In this document: in pieces, positions 27,301 through 39,724 of the stretch
Numbering within the stretch: the first letter of the stretch is position 1
Layout: each line of letters starts with the position of its first letter
Origin: Rhizaria sp. SCN 62-66
Lineage: Eukaryota
NCBI GenBank assembly: GCA_001724265.1
Contig: MEDY01000076.1
Location: 1-64,000, forward strand
DNA length: 64,000 nt
Reading direction: 5' to 3'
The notes under the pieces: generated by a model
What the model saw: the letters and a program-made list of their open reading frames with translations, nothing else
The model's database searches: none
Told to the model about the DNA's origin: nothing
Program-made: the position numbers and the translations under genes

Positions 27301-29394
27301 ATCGCGTCGACACAGGCGTACCGCATCATGTACACGCTGCTGGCGCAGGCCGGCGAGGCGCGCGCGATCGCGCACCTTGGCCGCACTAGCGCCGCGCACG
27401 CCGCCAAGTGGTCTCAGAGCCCCGGTTCGGGGCAGGCACAGCTGCAGCAGTTGACGCTCACGCAGCCGCAGCGCGTGGCCGCCGTGCGCGCCTTTAGCAG
27501 GCTCGCGCCGCGCGTCCGCCGCGGACTCGTTGCGCTCGCACTCGCCGCGAAGGCCGCGGCTGCCGACGCAGCCGTGGCCGCCGCCGAGGTCGCCGCCGCC
27601 GAGGCGGAGGTCGCGCAGGCCGAGGCCGCCAAGTCGGTCGCCGCCGCGCTGGCCATGGCCGAGACTGCGGCGCGCGTGGCGGCCGGCAAGCTGGCCGTGC
27701 TCGAGAACGCACACAAGGCGCAGCTCGAGCAGCAGCAGCAGAAGAAGGCCGCCGCGGAGTCCGCCAACAAGCCGCTTTTCGGCGCGAGCTCGAGCTCGAG
27801 TAACAGCAGCAGCATGGAGCGCGACATCGCCAAGGCCCGCGCGGACGCGGCGGCGACGGCGACAGCGCTGGCGTCGCTCAAGAGCAGCGGCGGCACGCAC
27901 GTCTTGTTCAGCGGCGGTGTTGTCAGCTCAGCTGTTACGACATCGCCCGCCGTCGTCGCCGCCGCAGCCGCTAAGGCCGCGGCCGCGACCGCCGCCGCCG
28001 CAGCCACGGCGGCCACGAGCGCTGCTTACCAGACGCTTGCAGCGACCCACGTGGGCGCCGTGCTGACGACCGAGGCGCCCCCGCGCGCGGTGTACACCGA
28101 GGCGCTCGTCACCGTCGTCAGGGGTGCCCTCGTGCGCGCCACTGCGGACCACGCCACGGGCTCGCCCAGTAACAACAACAACAGCGGCAGCGGCAGCGGC
28201 AGCGGTGGCGGTGACGCTGCTGACGACGACATCGGCGCGAGCAAGATCGACGTCGTGGCCGCCCTGCTCAAGGGCCGGCCCGCGGCCTCCGCGTCGCAGT
28301 CGCAGAGCAACAGCGGCAGTAAGTGCGCTGCCGGCAGCGGCAGCGACAGCGGCAGCAGCGGCAGCAGCGCAGAGTCTGAGTCCAGCTCCAGCAGCTCTGA
28401 CGACGACGCGGTCGCCGCCACTGCCGCCGCGGCCGGCTCGGGCAACAGCGACGACCACAAGGAGTGGCTGACGCCGGACGACGTGCGCCGCGCAGTCGTC
28501 GCGACTAAGTGCTTCTCGCCCGCCCTGCTGGCGCTGCTGGCCAAGGCCGCCACCGCCGTCGCGGCCTCGGCCGTCCGCGCCCCGGGCGTCGTCGCCGCGC
28601 TGGACTCTGACCTCGAATCGGATTCCGAGGACGACGACGAAGACGAGGACGGCGATGCTGAGGACGGCGACGACGACGATGCTGCTGGTGATGGTGACGA
28701 GACCAAGAGCAACGACAGCGACGAGAGTGGTGCGAAGCACAAGAGCAAGCGAGACCGCCGCCGCCGCCGCCGGGCGGGCAAGCGCTCCGTCGTCTCGTTC
28801 GCTGGCACTCTCGTCAAGGACCTCATGAACGCGCAGCGCGACAACGAGGCCGCCGCGGCCGCCACTGCCGCCGCCGCCGCCGCAGAGGCCGCCGCCGAGG
28901 CCGAGGCCGCCGCCGCCGCCGCCGCGCTCGCCAGCTCTGGCTGGGGCGCCTGGCTGGTCGCTAAGACGGTCCAGGCGGGCAAGCGCGCGGCCGGCACGGT
29001 CGCCGCCGCCGCCGTGACGGTGGCCACCGCGCCCGTCGTCGCCGCGCGCGCCGCCGCGGCCGCTACTGCGCGCGGCGCGGCGGCGGCGGCTGACGCCTGG
29101 GGCGGCGGCGCCGCGGCAGCGCGCGCCAAGGCCGTTGCCAAGGCCCGGGCCGACGCCGAGAAGGCGCGCCTCCGCGCCGTTGCGCGCGTGGCCAAGGCGA
29201 TGGCCGGCACTGCGACGGCGACCGCCGGGGCCGACGGCAAGCGCGGCGGTGGCGGTAAGCGCGGCAGCAGCAACGCCGTGGAGGCCGACGCGGCGCGCGC
29301 GCTGATCGCGGTGTGGGACAGCGACAAGGACGGCATGGTGTCGTACGGCGAGGTTATGTCCTGGCTCGAGGGATCTGAGGAACATCAGCTCTAA
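3357..29394 (+). CDS. Giant (~8,574 aa) DUF3638/DUF3645-family protein with SF2 helicase-like P-loop ATPase motifs, putative N-terminal cysteine-peptidase motifs and a C-terminal EF-hand; exons 3357-21977, 22124-22330, 22498-29394
   Basis: The 6,207-codon open first exon is followed by two GT-AG phase-0 introns that join the three ORFs. Motifs: HQMIMGAGKTTVV (Walker A, ~19974), VLDEVD (Walker B, ~21291), AVPYSGKDAPTAASEFAHPD (DUF3645-like), GFSGT, ALIDTGA, TFYDQVHTVGIDI, QGAYRMR, EQEMVTEQEVEIEVE and DSDKDGMVSYGE. Stop is TAA. Confidence 0.85.
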
Positions 29395-29869
29395 AGGAAT
29401 GAAAGGAATGACCAACAACAAGCCTAGTCAAGCCAAGTCACTCACTGCAGCGTCGGGTCGTCGACTAGCATCACACTCAGTGTGATATCCAAGTAATATT
29501 TGTCAATATAAGAATGATATAGAAGAAAATAATTGTGTTTATGCGTGAAATAACGCTCTAATAAGTAATGTATGATAAGTGTAAGGACACATTGTCTTTT
29601 TAATTCGATGTCACTCTTTGAGTGTCACTAACCTGTAACCTAATAACAACATGAACAATACACATGTATGCCACGTAACCAGGACAAACCGAAGCTAAAA
29701 ACGAAAGTAATTAAATGATTTTATGTATAAAGCTATGTAACGATGAATAATTGGCCCTACGAAGGCCTATATTGGTCTTGCAAGCACACTGCAGCTGACC
29801 GAATCATCGCGTATTAATCTCTAAATGCAAATATACGTGTGAGCGGGGACATATGTGTGTGATTCGCGC

Positions 29870-30540
29870 TCAAGTACGCCAGCCGACCTTGCGCGCGACG
29901 TCAACGAGCCTGTTTTCGAACGGCGCCGAGTAAAACACCATTGCGGGGTCGTGGAACGGGTTCATCAGCAGACGCACGTAGCCCTCGTAGGCGTCCTCGA
30001 AGAAGTGTTTCACGTCCTGTTCGCGGTAGCGCTCGTCGTGGAGCAGCAGCATGCGCGCGCCTATCCGATTACAGTTCAAACAACGTGTTGGTAGCAACAA
30101 TGCAGAGCGAGATATGGTGTGAGCGTCGTGAAGCAAAAACATGGTTCGAAAAGCAGTCGCAAAGCATGAGGAAATCGGGCTTTGTAGCAATAAATGCGGG
30201 GCGTACCGGAGGCAGTGACAAAGGATGACACGGTCATGTCGTTAAACTTGTCGATGCCCTTGAGGAACATGGCGGGCGTGGCGGCCGCGCGCTGGTCCAC
30301 GATGTCGAGCGCTGCGTGCACGATGAACTGCACAAGGTCCGTTTTCTACAAAACCACAGCCGTCATAAGAAACAAATGTGACACATAAATTTAGACGCAT
30401 CTTAAAAATATTGGATGGCGATGCACATTTACTGAATGGGGACGAACCTGGGTGTCCTGGGGCATCTCTGTGCCGAGGGACGTCTCGAAGAGTGGGACGT
30501 CAGCCGTGGAGACGATACAGAAGTAGAGCTTCAGGGACAT
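29870..30540 (-). CDS. TRAPPC2: TRAPP complex subunit 2 (sedlin/Trs20); exons 30540-30448, 30345-30207, 30060-29870
   Basis: Spliced product reads MSLKLYFCIVSTADVPLFE...QFIVHAALDIVD...MFLKGIDKFND...VSSFVTASG...LLLHD...FF...YVRLLMNPF, matching the sedlin family. Stop is TGA. Confidence 0.92.
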
Positions 30541-31066
30541 CTCTGTCGTTGGTGGAGACACAAAAAGAGAAACAAAGACAAAACGTTAAGTTGCAATCCG
30601 AAATCGTAGACACGGAGCTACTGTCGGAAGATTGATGCTGCTGCAGAGACACAAAGTTTAGCTACGATTGACTGAGCTCACGGTCGTTGGCTGAGACCTG
30701 ACCTTCGGTTGGTTTGTGGTGACTCAAAGTAGCCCCATGATCTCGCCGCTGCATCGTTGTATTGCAGTGTGAGTAAAATGTTCAGAATGTCCATGTGTGG
30801 ATCTCGTTGTCATTTAAACAGATTCTCTTGTAGCCGCTGCTATCCCTCCCAAATCCACTCATCTGTGGAACCTGGTCGTTGTTGTGGTTCAACGACCCTC
30901 TCACTCTTCAAACACTTCTCTCCAAACATACTAAGCAGCATTGCACGGATGCCAGAACGACGGATCGGTGCGGTGTGATAGGCTGTTTTTATTTGTCGTG
31001 TTGTGGCTCGCAAAACTTTGATTTTGGCTCATACTCTTCACTTTTGTGTTGTCTTCTTGCAGTTTG

Positions 31067-32980
31067 ATGAGCTCGGCCACCATGTCCGACTCTTCTTCCT
31101 CATCGGCCTCGGCCTCCGCCTCCGCCGCGGTTCCCTCCGCGTCCTTCTACACCACCGACGCGTACGATGAGGCCGTTGAGCTGATGTCGATCCGCCCCGC
31201 CGAGGCCGCGGCCGCCTTCGTCGCCATCGTGCAGGAGAAGGACGCCGACGCCGACGAGGCCGCCAAGAAGTCCAAGATGAAGGAGGAGGCCATCTACCAC
31301 CTCGGCGCCATCTACTCCAACTCGGGCGAGACCGCCAAGGTGTCTCAGCTCATGGTCGACATCCGCCCCTTTTTCGCCGAGATCTCCAAGCCCCGCTCGG
31401 CCAAGATCGTCCGCACGCTCATCGACGACATCGCCAAGGTGCCCGGCACCGAAGCCTTCCTCGTCCAGCTCTGCCTCGACTCGATCGCCTGGTGCGTCGC
31501 CGAGAAGCGCTCCTTCCTGCGCCAGCGCCTTGAGGCGCGTCTCGCGGCGCTCTACTGTCAGATGCAGCGCTACAAGGAGGCGCTGGCGCTGATCAAGACG
31601 CTCGTGCGTGAGGTCAAGAAGTTCGACGACAAGCCGCTCATGGTCGAGATCGAGCTCGTCGAGTCGGACGTCTTCTTCGCGCTCCAGAACATCCCCAAGA
31701 GCAAGGGCGCGCTTACTACGGCGCGCTCCAACGCTAACGGCTTCTACTGCCCGCCTCTTGTCCAGGCCCAGATCGACCTTCAGGTACGCTTCATCTCATG
31801 CCGCTCTGTATCGCATATATCGTCTTCAGATTGCCCAGCTTTTGTGTAAAATGTCATTTTGTGGTATCTCTGTTGGGTAAAGTGTTATTATCTAATTCGC
31901 ATGTATACGCCTTCAAGGACTCTCTCTAATAAGCACAACCCACACATTTACCTGTTTTTTCTCTCTTCGCTTGCTACACTTCTGCAGGCCGGCATCCTCG
32001 CCGCAGCCGAGAAGGACTACAAGACCTCGTTCTCGTACTTCTACGAGGCCTACGAGGGCTTCTCTACTGGTGGCAAGGACGCCCAGGCTGTGCAGTCTCT
32101 CAAGTACATGCTCCTCGCTAAGATCATGTCCAACCAGGTACGTCTTGCCTACAGACAGACGCTCGGAGCAAAATGCAGAATTTAGTGCTGCTGAATATAT
32201 TGACGATGTGTGATATCGTGTAAGAGAGTTTTTTTGTTTTATGAAGGCCTCTCATCCTAGTTGCTTTTGCGTGGTGCTGCCTGTTTTGCTATAAAATGCT
32301 TGCTCCACACCATATATAGGCTTCCGACGTGTACAACATCGTTCACAGCAAGGCGGGCATCCGCTACGCGGGCGTTGAGGTTAACGCCATGCGCGCCATT
32401 GCCAACGCCTACAAGGAGCGCTCAATCCGCGTCTTCGAGAGCGTGCTGGCCGAGTACAAGGCCCAGCTGCAGGACGACGCCATCGTCGCCACACACCTCA
32501 CGGCGCTGCGCGACTCGCTGCTCGAGCAGAACCTGCTGCGCCTGCTCGAGCCCTTTGTGCGTGTGCAGATCGCGCACGTCGCCACGCTGATTCGCCTGCC
32601 GAAGAAGGACGTCGAGGCCAAGCTGTCGCAGATGATCCTCGACCAGAAGCTCCGAGGCATCCTCGACCAGGTACGCTCTATCAAAACACTAAAATACCCC
32701 TATACGGATACTAACTGTGATTGAGTCATAGTATTCGATGTGTTTCTATTAGATCTATGTTGTGTATTGTTTTGTGATGATTCGATCCTATTAATGTCTC
32801 CAAATGTCGTCCTTATTGTACTGTTTGTTTGTGTTCTTGTCGTAGGGTACCGAGGACCTCGTGCTTTTCGACGAGGTTGCTGAGGACAATACCTACGGCA
32901 CCGCGTCCAAGGTTGTCAAGGAGCTCGACCTCGTCGTCGACCGCCTCTACTCCAAGACCCACAAGCTCGCCATGTCATAA
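31067..32980 (+). CDS. RPN6: 26S proteasome lid subunit RPN6 (PSMD11); exons 31067-31783, 31988-32137, 32320-32670, 32846-32980
   Basis: Motifs [63 protein letters not shown] and the PCI-domain [13 protein letters not shown]...[10 protein letters not shown]. The start could be ATG 31067 or 31082. Stop is TAA. Confidence 0.96.
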
Positions 32981-33606
32981 GCGCAAAGCCAAGGGGGACT
33001 CGCCACCTAGACATGTAAGTGCTTGGTTCGTAAAGTACTTGGGTGAATGAGGAGTCAAGAACGGTTATTATTTGTTTAGTTTTTAATTGATATTCGTGTA
33101 TGAATAGGTTTACAAGTTAGATATTAAACCATTGATAGAAAAATCACAAGAAAAAATACTAAAAAGCTCTGCGGTGTTGCTGTCTCAGTCGCATTTTTGA
33201 GTGTGAGCGTCACAACTTTGCAATGTAAGAATACAAAATGCACATAAAAGACTTTTGCACAATTTGAAACATGGGCTGGAAATGTGAAGTAATAAATCCA
33301 ATTGGCTGACAGATATTTTATCGAATTGCTTCTGTTTATGGCGTAACATTTTTCGAACGATCAAAATCAAACGACGAAATATGGGATTGTTCATAAATGA
33401 TATTTGAAGAATATCAACAGGATATGGTCACGTATTAACTTTAAAGTGCCACTTTTAAATACAAAAATAAGATGTAAACATAATTTCAGACTTTATTTGG
33501 ATAAGAAATGCATTTAGTTCAGGAAAGTGGCCATTTTAAATGTCAGACTCGCAGAACGACTTGGCCACTGCGTCCGGCTATACCGTCGGTATTATAGCGA
33601 TTCAGC

Positions 33607-34797
33607 TCACTCGGCGGGCTTCTGCGCAAGCAACGGCAGAACGTGAGCAAAATGCTTGCAGAAACGATGCAGCGGGAAACCTACGACGTTGTTGTAACAG
33701 CCAGTGATGCCCTCCACGAAAGCGCCACCGGAGCCCTGGATGCCGTATGCGCCCGCCTTGTCCCTATATATTTGACAAATAACCAAACAATACAAAATAA
33801 ACAATATCAAGAAAGAATTCATAGTGAGATTGTCGCAGACAGATGGTTTCAAGTCAAGGCATCACTCAACAACGGTATCACAACAATAACATCAATTCAA
33901 GTACACAGAAGCATATCTTCGTTTTTCAAAGATCTCACAACGTACATGGGCTCACCCAACGCAATATACGCCTCGATCGCCTCGTCAGACACGTCGCCAA
34001 AGCGCACCTCTGTGGCCTCGCAGAAGCTGACCTCGACTGCCGTCCATCCACCGTCGACAGTGACTGGGATGATTGTGAGCGCCGCGTCCGCGCTCTGGCC
34101 GGCCTGCAGCACGGCGCCGTCAGCGACCACGGTGGCCGGCACGCCGCGGCTGCGCAGCGCGGCAGCGGCGGCCGCGGCGGCAGCGGGGGACGGGCAGCGG
34201 AAGAAGAGGCTCACGCCGGTCACGACGCTGTGCGCCCGGCCGCGTAAGGAGACCAGGATCTCGCGGGCGTTGGCCGCGCTAGTGGGCTTGCCGAGGATGC
34301 TCGCGGCAGTCTGCGCGCCCGCGCTCGGGGCAGCAACCGCCACGCCGCTGGTGGCGATATCCGCGGTCGCGCTTGTGTGTGCAGTGCCGGCAATGTTTGG
34401 ATCAGTGTTCGCATTGTTGGCGCGGGTGTGGATGTGAGGCGCGACGATCATGGTGTCGGCGCCAATGACCACGGCGGTCTTATCCGCGTTGGCAAACACT
34501 GCGGCGGCCTTCCCGCGCGCAGTCAGCGTGACGAAGTGCTCGGGGGTGAACTGAGTGCGGTCGAGGTCCTCGGAGAAAGGGCTGGGGACGATGGTGGGTG
34601 TCAGTCCCTGCGCGCATGAGGTAGGTATAAAGAGTTATGGTGAGAGTGAAACGGAATATCAATAGAAGGGTCACTAGATACTGTACAAATGTAAAGTATA
34701 CACGTACGATCAGGCGGAACATTTCGATCCTGCGCGGGCTGGTGGACGCAAGAATTATGTTGGCGGTCTTCGCAAAGTGGTGGACGTGTGCGAGCAT
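33607..34797 (-). CDS. Maf-family nucleoside triphosphate pyrophosphatase with Ala-rich insertions; exons 34797-34708, 34607-33946, 33763-33607
   Basis: Motifs [45 protein letters not shown] and [10 protein letters not shown]. Stop is TGA. Confidence 0.93.
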
Positions 34798-35695
34798 TCT
34801 AGACTGTCACAAAGGGTACATATCGAGCTGTAAGAATATAATTGCAAACACAAGTATAAATATATAGTGTCAATATCAGGGGAAGCGCATACAGGTACAG
34901 ACGGAATTCTTGACGAGTTATGCCTTATACAAGTCAGAGCACTTTCGGGTCCCACCGAAAGAGCTCTTCCTGGACAGTGTACAGATAGGTTTGAGTTTGC
35001 GAATATATTGCGTTTCTTGGGTTAATTAAGTTTGACTATTGTATTGACAGGACCAACGAAAATCCTATTTGTGCACACATAGTTCCCACACTGCCCGCCA
35101 TTCAGCAGCATGAGGAGAGTTTATAGTTAGTTGAGCGAAGCAGTGTCACCATGTTACGTGATTGATTAAACACAGCAATCTGTTCCGCGTTATGACAAAG
35201 AGAGCGGAAGGAAGAGAGTTATGAAGTCTGTAGACGTCGAGAGATTGAGAGACACCACCGCTCGGTTGGCAGCAAGCAACACTCACCAAGAGACGATGAC
35301 AAGAGCAGGCGACACCAACCATAGCGAAAGTGCTGTTTGTTGTGTCGTCGCCAGATTGTCGGGTCTGAAAAATAAAAAGAGTGAATGTTACGAGATGCAT
35401 TTCACTTAAGAAGTGACCACGGCAGTAAGCGGAGTGTCTAGCCAAGCTGCTGCAAACAGATGATCGCTTCCGCAGCTGTTTCCACTATCGCTGGCGACTC
35501 GTAGCGAGTTGATGGTGCCTGGGACAGCAGCAAGCGGCCGCAATCATTGTCGTTCGGAGTAGAAGCGCGCCCCTTGACGCAATGATCTAAAGCCACTCCT
35601 AGCATTTAAACACCACTAGGACTACTGCGCTAGCTTTAGTCCAGTGTGTTCATAAGCTAACAGTTGGTACGTATTATAGCGCCAGGAGAGCTCAG

Positions 35696-35746
35696 AGCAG
35701 CAGCAGCAGCAGCAGCTGCAGCAGCAGCAGCTGCACCAGCAGCAGC
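35696..35746. repeat. Imperfect (CAG)n microsatellite downstream of the ATP synthase g stop codon
   Basis: gcagcagcagcagcagcagctgcagcagcagcagctgcaccagcagcagc seen directly. Confidence 0.8.
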
Positions 35747-35851
35747 GACAACGTCACACGCTTGCATGGCGAGCCGGCAAGCCTACACTGCTATAACTGT
35801 AGCTGTTGCTGTTGTGCGCGCAGCGACGAAGAAGGCGGAGGGCCGGCTTGC

Positions 35852-36325
35852 TTAGTGGTGGTTGTCCTTGGGGAGGAAGACGGGGTAACCACGGAAGTCA
35901 CGGCGCGCGATGGCCTCGCCGATGCAGAAGCAGCCGAAGACCTGGAGGGACCACACGGCGGCGGTAGCGACCTGCTTGTTGGTGAAGTCAGTGACCTTGG
36001 TGCCGGCAATCACGCACGCCTCCTTCTTGGCGGCGGCGTAGGTCGCGGGCATCGCGGACGCCTTGCGGTACCAGAACTCGAAGCGGCGGAAAAGCAACGC
36101 AAAAGAAAACATTTGATTCGCAGAATAGATATCGTGCGTGTAAGTGTGTGTATGCAGATGGGACGTTGCCAGCGACGTTTGTGCCATGTTTAGACGCGTG
36201 TTTAGGTATATAGAAGTGTGACGTACGCGACGGAGCTCCTCGATGGACATGTCGGGCTTGGCGACACGGGCCTCGGTGCGGGCGAAGCCGGGGAAGCGGT
36301 TCGCAATCTTAGCCAGGATAGACAT
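35852..36325 (-). CDS. ATP5MG: Mitochondrial F1Fo ATP synthase subunit g; exons 36325-36227 and probably 36076-35852
   Basis: C-terminal transmembrane segment FGCFCIGEAIARRDFRGY resembles the subunit g signature (F.IGE.IGRR...GY). Donor GTACGT at 36226; the acceptor is uncertain (GAG). Stop is TAA. Confidence 0.75.
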   Translation of the reverse strand: MSILAKIANRFPGFARTEARVAKPDMSIEELRRVRHTSIYLNTRLNMAQTSLATSHLHTHTYTHDIYSANQMFSFALLFRRFEFWYRKASAMPATYAAAKKEACVIAGTKVTDFTNKQVATAAVWSLQVFGCFCIGEAIARRDFRGYPVFLPKDNHH

Positions 36326-36982
36326 AAGGCTGTTCTGGGAAGTTACAGAAGACGGATAGAGCATATAGGAGGAGCAGGAGAGACGAATAAGAAAGTGAGG
36401 GTAGTGAGCGCGACGGTCGGACAAAGAGGGCGTCGAAGAGACGGGAGACGAGTGACCAGGGAGACTTTAAATAATAATTTGAGCAGAATAAAGCCCAAAA
36501 GATCTTAACATTAAACGCCATTGATAGCAACAGATCCCTCGTTGCACACGAGACGCTTTGGTCCTCCCGGCTTAATTTCGGTCCTCTGTGTGTGATCGAC
36601 CGAGACCGACCCAGACTGTGAGCCAGTCCCCCGAAGCGACCACGAACGAGAATCACCCGACCTGTCTGGTGACCGTTCGTTCGTGGTCTGACTTGAGGGG
36701 GCGCAATCTTTGCCTGTGCTTGTAGGATAGGAATGTGAATGCGCGTTTGGATGTGTGCCATGCGTGAAGTTTATAATATTAAAACAATTTTGCTGGACTC
36801 GCGGCCGATCTTGCGCTGTGACGCTTTTACGATTGCTATCAAGACTGACCTTTGACTCGCCCCCCACAGCCACTTTCCCCCCACTCTCTCGCTCTTGAAC
36901 AACACCTTCCCAACTCCACCACTATGTCTAAGATCTACTTCCGCTTTTTATCTGCCTTATTGTTTTGCTCTATCCTCTGTAG

Positions 36983-38862
36983 ATGTCTTCGACTGCTTCA
37001 GCGGCAGCCGCGCGGGCAGACGACATCTGGTACGTTCCTTCTTCCCCACAGTCCTGACTTCTTCAAATTGTGTTCTCAATCCCATATTCTCCACATCTAC
37101 ATAAATTCCTTTGAGAAAACACACTTTACGAGCGCATCTCGATCTTACTTGGGTTTTGTCTCTGTAAGCGCTTACATTTTCCTTTAACGGACATGTTTTG
37201 TGTTGTCTTGTTGCTTGCTTGCTTGCTGCAGGGGTGAGGAGGATGAGAACAACCTCACGAACCAGATCAACGGCCTCAGCAACGCCCAGCTTCAGTCGCG
37301 CACGGCGATGTACAAGACCAACATCGGCGTGATGCGGTACGAGATCGAGAAGCTGCGCTACGACAAGCAGCAAGTCGAGGCCGACCTCAAGGACAACCAA
37401 GAGAAGGTTAAGATGCACAAGCAGCTGCCTTATCTCGTCGCCAACGTCGTTGAGGTACGCCCCACTCTATTCAAACAAATAACAGTTAAACACATTTATT
37501 CTCTATTTCCAAACTTTTAGTTTCGATCTTCGATCTTCTTTGCTTGCAACGGTCGACTCCTGATGTCTCAATCCATGCATCGCTCGCTTGCTTACTGTTT
37601 GATCTTGTCTCTTTTGTTTGTTATTAGATCCTTGACCTCGAGCCCGAGGCCGAGGACGACGGTGCTGCCGTTGACGTCAACGCCCAGCGCAACGACAAGT
37701 GCGTTGTCATCAAGACATCTTCCCGTCAGGTATGTTCACTACTCAAGCTCTCACAACTCGCAACGAACATTAGCTTACGAGTTTGAAGAGTCGGTATCTC
37801 GGCGATATCGAGAATTTTTCTATTACGACTTCACTTTGACTTATAGATCACTAGTATCATATATTTTTTTTGAAACTATGTAACTCACTCATTCGTATCT
37901 ATCTATACCTCTCATTTTGCCAATCTCAGACCGTGTTCCTGCCCGTGGTGGGCCTCGTGTCCCCCGACACCCTGCGCCCCTCAGACTTGGTCGGCGTCAA
38001 CAAGGACTCGTACCTGATCCTCGACTCGCTGCCCGCCGAGTACGACGCGCGCGTCAAGACGATGGAGGTCGAGGAGAAGCCCACCGAGGACTACCTCGAC
38101 ATCGGCGGACTGGACAAGCAGATTGAGGAGCTCAAGGAGGCCGTCGTGTACCCGATGACGCACAAGCACCTCTACGACGCCGTCGGCATCCGCCCGCCTA
38201 AGGGCGTGCTGCTTTACGGCCCCCCCGGCACCGGAAAGACGATGCTCGCCCGTGCGTGTGCCGCCAAGACCAACGCGTGCTTCCTTAAGATCTCGGCGCC
38301 GCAGCTTGTGCAGATGTACATTGGTGACGGCAGCAAGATGGTCCGCGACGCATTCGCGCTCGCCAAGGAGAAGGCGCCCGCCATCGTGTTCATCGACGAG
38401 CTGGACGCCATCGGCACGAAGCGGTTCGACAGCGACAAGTCCGGCGACCGCGAGGTGCAGCGCACGATGCTGGAGCTGCTGAACCAGCTCGATGGCTTCG
38501 CGAGCGACGACCGCATCAAGGTAATCGCGGCGACCAACCGACCCGACATCCTGGACCCCGCGCTGCTGCGGTCTGGCCGGCTGGACCGCAAAGTGGAGTT
38601 CCCGATGCCCGACGAGGACGGCCGCGGCAAGATCCTCAAGATTCACTCGTCACGCATGCTCGTCGATAAGGACAACGTCAACTTCGAAGAGCTGGCGCGG
38701 TCCACCGAAGACTTCAACGGCGCACAGCTTAAGGCCGTGTGCGTTGAGGCCGGCATGATCGCGCTGCGCAGGGACGCCGCGATGCTGACCCACGAGGACT
38801 TCGTGCAGGGCATCCAGGAGGTCGCCGCCAAGAAGAAGGTCTCGCTCCAGTACTACGCCTAA
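36983..38862 (+). CDS. RPT5: 26S proteasome AAA-ATPase RPT5 (PSMC3); exons 36983-37029, 37232-37454, 37628-37729, 37930-38862
   Basis: Motifs [71 protein letters not shown], and C-terminal LQYYA (HbYX). Stop is TAA. Confidence 0.97.
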
Positions 38863-39724
38863 GTACTTATCGTGGAGTCCTTACATCTGATTCCTTACAC
38901 CATCGACGCACAAGGTCGCCAGTCTAAGTGGTGGGTGACGCTGTGGTAGTGGTGATGATGCGTGCGATCAAGATCAGGATCAAGTAACATAGTCAACAGA
39001 AGAAAAATGAAGATATGTGTTTATAGTGTACGATATGAGTACAAAAGAGTTGTTTATTAGATAATAATTCGATGTGAACATGATTTATGCAACAAAAAGA
39101 CATTTGAAAAAAACAATATTAATACAAATCGAAACATAGTTACAGAGACATAGTTAAATAGTGATGTCTATTGTTTCAAACACCAACATGCAAGCCAGGC
39201 GTAGATGCGACATGGTTCTTGTTATCGGAAACATTTTCTGCCGCATTGAGTTTACTTGCGGTATGTTACGGACATTTAATTGTCTGTTGTGAGAATTAAT
39301 GCGGTGCTGAAACACTGGAGGACAGTTTATTCAAAGATAAGTAGCACAATAGAGAAGTACGTGGGCAACAATAATCATGGTTCACAGAGCAAACCTAGAC
39401 AGCAGTGATCGATCACACAGGCCACCCACTTCATGGGAGCAAAAACGCGTCTCACAGCTCATTGTGCGCAGAGTCATTGCTGTTTTGATACGCGTTTGAG
39501 CGCTTGCACCCACTCTTGGTGAAGATAACGCCCGCGACGCAGTTGTGCACATTTGAGTAAAGCTGAGACAAGCTTTAAACTCTCGCGTCGAACTTGTGCG
39601 TTGCACTTGCCAAGTCTCCCACCAACTTCGCATTCTGTCATCATAAATAGTCGCTTTCTTATCAGGCCGTCCGGTGGGTTTGAAGCTCATGATATAAAAA
39701 AGCAACATTGCTGCCGTTGCGCAC

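Noticed and set aside
441-29421. Many long antisense and alternate-frame ORFs (e.g. 441-1607 +, 16581-19421 -, 27928-29421 -)
   Set aside because: These are shadows of GC-rich, high-GC3 coding sequence. They show no recognisable motifs and fully overlap well-supported genes.
30634-30756. Possible hairpin (GCTAC/GTAGC, TGAG/CTCA, GATGC/GCATC) between TRAPPC2 and RPN6
   Set aside because: The stems are short and interrupted, so they cannot be distinguished from chance without folding statistics.
35041-35690. Short ORFs and box C/D-like words between Maf and ATP synthase g
   Set aside because: There is no coding-type codon bias or splice structure, and no convincing C/D box pair with a terminal stem.
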